From positions 29,874,213-29,938,212 of the forward strand of contig OZ234493.1 of the NCBI GenBank assembly GCA_965153455.1: 64,000 bases of DNA, written 5' to 3'. Shown one piece after another: positions 61,801-64,000 of this stretch. The notes under the pieces were generated by a model that did no database searches, was not told the origin of the DNA, and saw nothing but the letters and a program-made list of their open reading frames with translations. Numbering within the stretch: position 1 is the stretch's first letter; each line of letters opens with the position of its first letter. Position numbers and translations under genes: made by a program. This DNA is from Sphagnum compactum (taxonomy: Eukaryota).

Positions 61801-64000
61801 CACAAAATACTTCCACACATCTGGCATTGTTTCAAGGATTTTTCCTTCCTTCGCTCCTTTCTCTCTTGCAGCTTCCACTATCTGCGCCTTTTCATCACTT
61901 GGATACATATTTGGCACCTAACCAACCCAGGAGAACAAAAAAAAAACACAAGTCAACAAATTTTCAACATGTTGCAGACCTTCTTCAGACACTAATTCCA
62001 AACAATTCTTTTCTGCAATTGCAAATTGGCCACTCTCTTTCTTACACACATGTTGGAGAGGAGAATGCCAATGCACACTTTTTTTTTCTTCCCTTCCCCC
62101 AAAAGACTGCCATCATTGACTGATGATATTGACGTTGTTTTTTGGATGTGCGTTTGTATGTGTGTGTGTGTTTTTTCCTTCACCTCTCCAGAGTTTAGAA
62201 GATTGTTGATGTCCTCCACAAATCCTTCATTGGTGATCTGTGTATCACTGAACAAGAATACACTAGGTACTGCTGGTTCAGCTCCCGCCTTTTTGCACAT
62301 GAGCATTAAGTCATCTCTCCACTCCACTCTTGTGTAGTTCTTACTGATCTCAACCTGCAATTTTGTTTTCCATGTTCAACAAACTCAATAGCAAATGGGT
62401 TGTACTTGTACTAAACCCTAAACCCAATTAGCAGATTCATGAAGTACTTTCCTACTCTGCTACAGATGGCTGAACTTGTAATCAACTGTGCCTCTAATCA
62501 AGGATGGGTTGTTCTTAATCTGTACCTCTAATCAAAGGATGGTTGTTGTTAATCAGTGCCTAATTATCAAGGATATAATCACAAGATTTTCTCTGTGATC
62601 TTCACTAAAATTATTGTGCAGCAAAATCATCGGGTTTTTTTTTTGTTTTTGTTTTTTTTGGGGCACAAATGGAAATGAAAATCCTTTGCAGAAACAGAGG
62701 GACAAGAGATTGGGTCAACAACAAAATCATGGGTTTCAAAAGTTTTAAACTTCATAAGTCACAAAGGGTCGATTCTGGAAAGGCACCCATATTCAGGATT
62801 TACGTAGCAACCCAAATTGGACATGAATTCATGTCTAATGAATTCTGTTGGTCACCAAGTGTACAAAATTTCATGAGGGAGAAGTTAGAAGGCACATAAT
62901 TTATCTAGCTCTAGTGCACTAGTACATTTTGGACTGATCTAAATTCAAAACCTGGAAAACTTCCATACTGTAAATAGCTGCACCAAGTCGGGTTAAGCTC
63001 TGCCGTCCAGAGCCTCCAACTCCAACTAGTAACATGTGGCCTCCTGGCTGCTTCAGGATGCGACAAATGCGAGAAACATGTTCAACCGCAAACAAGAAGA
63101 TGGCAAGATTCATTGGCCGCTTACTGACTCCATTGAAGTCATTCAAATACAATTCTGTTTGTTTTAGCAATGCAGCAATGTCTAGAATCTCATCATAGAG
63201 CCGAGCTTCTGGATCCTCAATCATGCAATCACCAAAAAAGCAGCTGCAAAAAACAAAACAAAACCCAAATTCCTTTTCATTATTTCAGCTCCAGCACATC
63301 ACAACAGCTCAAAAACTGAAAGCTGAAAAAAAATCACAACATACATGCATCACATAATGAGAGAGAATTCTATATATTACCGTCGTAATTCAAATTGAGT
63401 GATAACTTTTACACCATCCCCGAGAAGAGCACCAAACAATTGATCAAAATCTTGTTTGAAATGCTTCTTTGTGAGAGTACGGAGGTATTCAATCAACCAA
63501 TTCCGATCGCTATCATCAACCAAACGGTCATAAAAAACACGTAGAACTTCATGGACCCATAACCTTATATGCTGCAACTCACCAGGCTTTCCAATTGGAA
63601 CTGTCTCCGATTTTTGTAGCATCATTCCCTGGACAAATTGCAATCTTGGGTGGCCTTAGTGCTTTGCATATATCATCTATATGAGTTCAGGGATGATGTT
63701 CTTCACTGAAGCATATTTATATAAGTGTCAGGTTATGTTTCACCACATGAAAGATCCATTGTAATCACATTGTAAACACAACTGGAAAGACAAGAGAGTG
63801 AGAAATAATGTGGATCTAAGTATGCAAACATTGCAACAACAATTGGATTTGGGTTGATAAGCTTTTTGAGAACAAACAAAGCCAAAGCTAAAGCTTTTGA
63901 GTTTAAGCTCTTGAAAACCAACTTGGATCACACGAGCATAATCTCGCAAGTTGAAGGTGTAGTGGGACTTTGTAGGTGTGGGGAGCAATTTCTTCTTTGC
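49843..64000 (-). CDS. Axonemal dynein heavy chain, single-headed inner-arm type (DNAH3/DNAH7-like); 3' part, 25 exons, ~1871 aa in window, 5' end beyond window
   Basis: Exons 64000-63923, 63628-63381, 63243-62952, 62354-62184, 61917-61681, 61374-61276, 61083-60976, 60722-60579, 60319-59921, 59576-59247, 57667-57486, 57044-56834, 56425-56246, 55917-55672, 55394-55245, 54992-54200, 53886-53791, 53494-53337, 53058-52820, 52517-52408, 51891-51622, 51376-51181, 51013-50914, 50635-50552, 50337-49843, all GT-AG and in phase. Motifs [19 protein letters not shown]4 P-loop GVGGSGRQS, stalk/[62 protein letters not shown]-terminus [23 protein letters not shown]. Confidence 0.96.
51950..52220 (+). repeat. 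Dispersed repeat family B copy inside a dynein intron
   Basis: TTTTGTGATGTAGCCACACTAGCAACCATCCACAAGAGG..CCAAATTTGACTAC resembles 35585-35700 and the reverse complement of 18857-18912. Confidence 0.55.
57790..59085. mobile_element. Family-C MITE-like element in a dynein intron, with internal tandem amplification
   Basis: Left end TAGAGTTGTTATCCGTGAAGTC..CACCCTGTCTT..GCCT.CTTTCA.CCCCT matches 28803-28870. TATCACCAAAAATGATGG after the array matches 29146-29162. Right end ACTCTGATAATTATA is a degenerate TIR. Confidence 0.65.
57877..58957. repeat. Tandem array of six ~179-bp units
   Basis: Units begin GCAACTGGAA(G/A)GAGATTTTATTAAATCTCAG at 57877, 58059, 58238, 58417, 58600 and 58779 (periods 182, 179, 179, 183, 179). 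Confidence 0.95.
62479..62575. repeat. Short degenerate tandem repeat (~33 bp x3) in a dynein intron
   Basis: Recurring TAATC..TG(T)GCCTCTAATCAAGGATGG.TTGTT units. Confidence 0.65.

Overview
Eukaryotic, intron-rich land-plant genomic DNA. An intact axonemal dynein heavy-chain gene next to typical embryophyte genes points to a lineage with flagellated sperm. A bryophyte such as a peat moss is my guess, but this is inference only. Seven protein-coding genes can be rebuilt with phase-consistent splice junctions: an ALE2/extensin-like proline-rich receptor kinase (+, 2882-7057), a DUF676 alpha/beta-hydrolase (-, 9273-12556), an uncharacterised type II membrane protein (-, 15083-16900), an intronless plastid BASS2 Na+/pyruvate symporter (-, 37819-39171), TIC21/PIC1 (-, 43068-44554), an F-box protein (+, 45921-47075) and the 3' 25 exons of an inner-arm dynein heavy chain (-, 49843 to beyond 64000). 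The interval from about 17.4 to 35.9 kb is AT-rich and gene-free, with MITEs, foldbacks, decayed repeats and telomere-type repeats. The most notable observations are: (1) a MITE-like family whose internal segment has amplified into a six-copy ~179-bp array with an alternating A/B pattern inside a dynein intron, and independently into a 101-bp duplication in an intergenic copy; (2) a perfect head-to-head (TTTAGGG)3/(CCCTAAA)3 palindrome that truncates one arm of an inverted-repeat structure; (3) the intronless BASS2; (4) a degenerate glycosyltransferase-like signature in the uncharacterised protein; (5) a GC-AG intron and a candidate U12 intron. I found no CRISPR array, tRNA or rRNA gene, and no clear-cut new multi-gene system.
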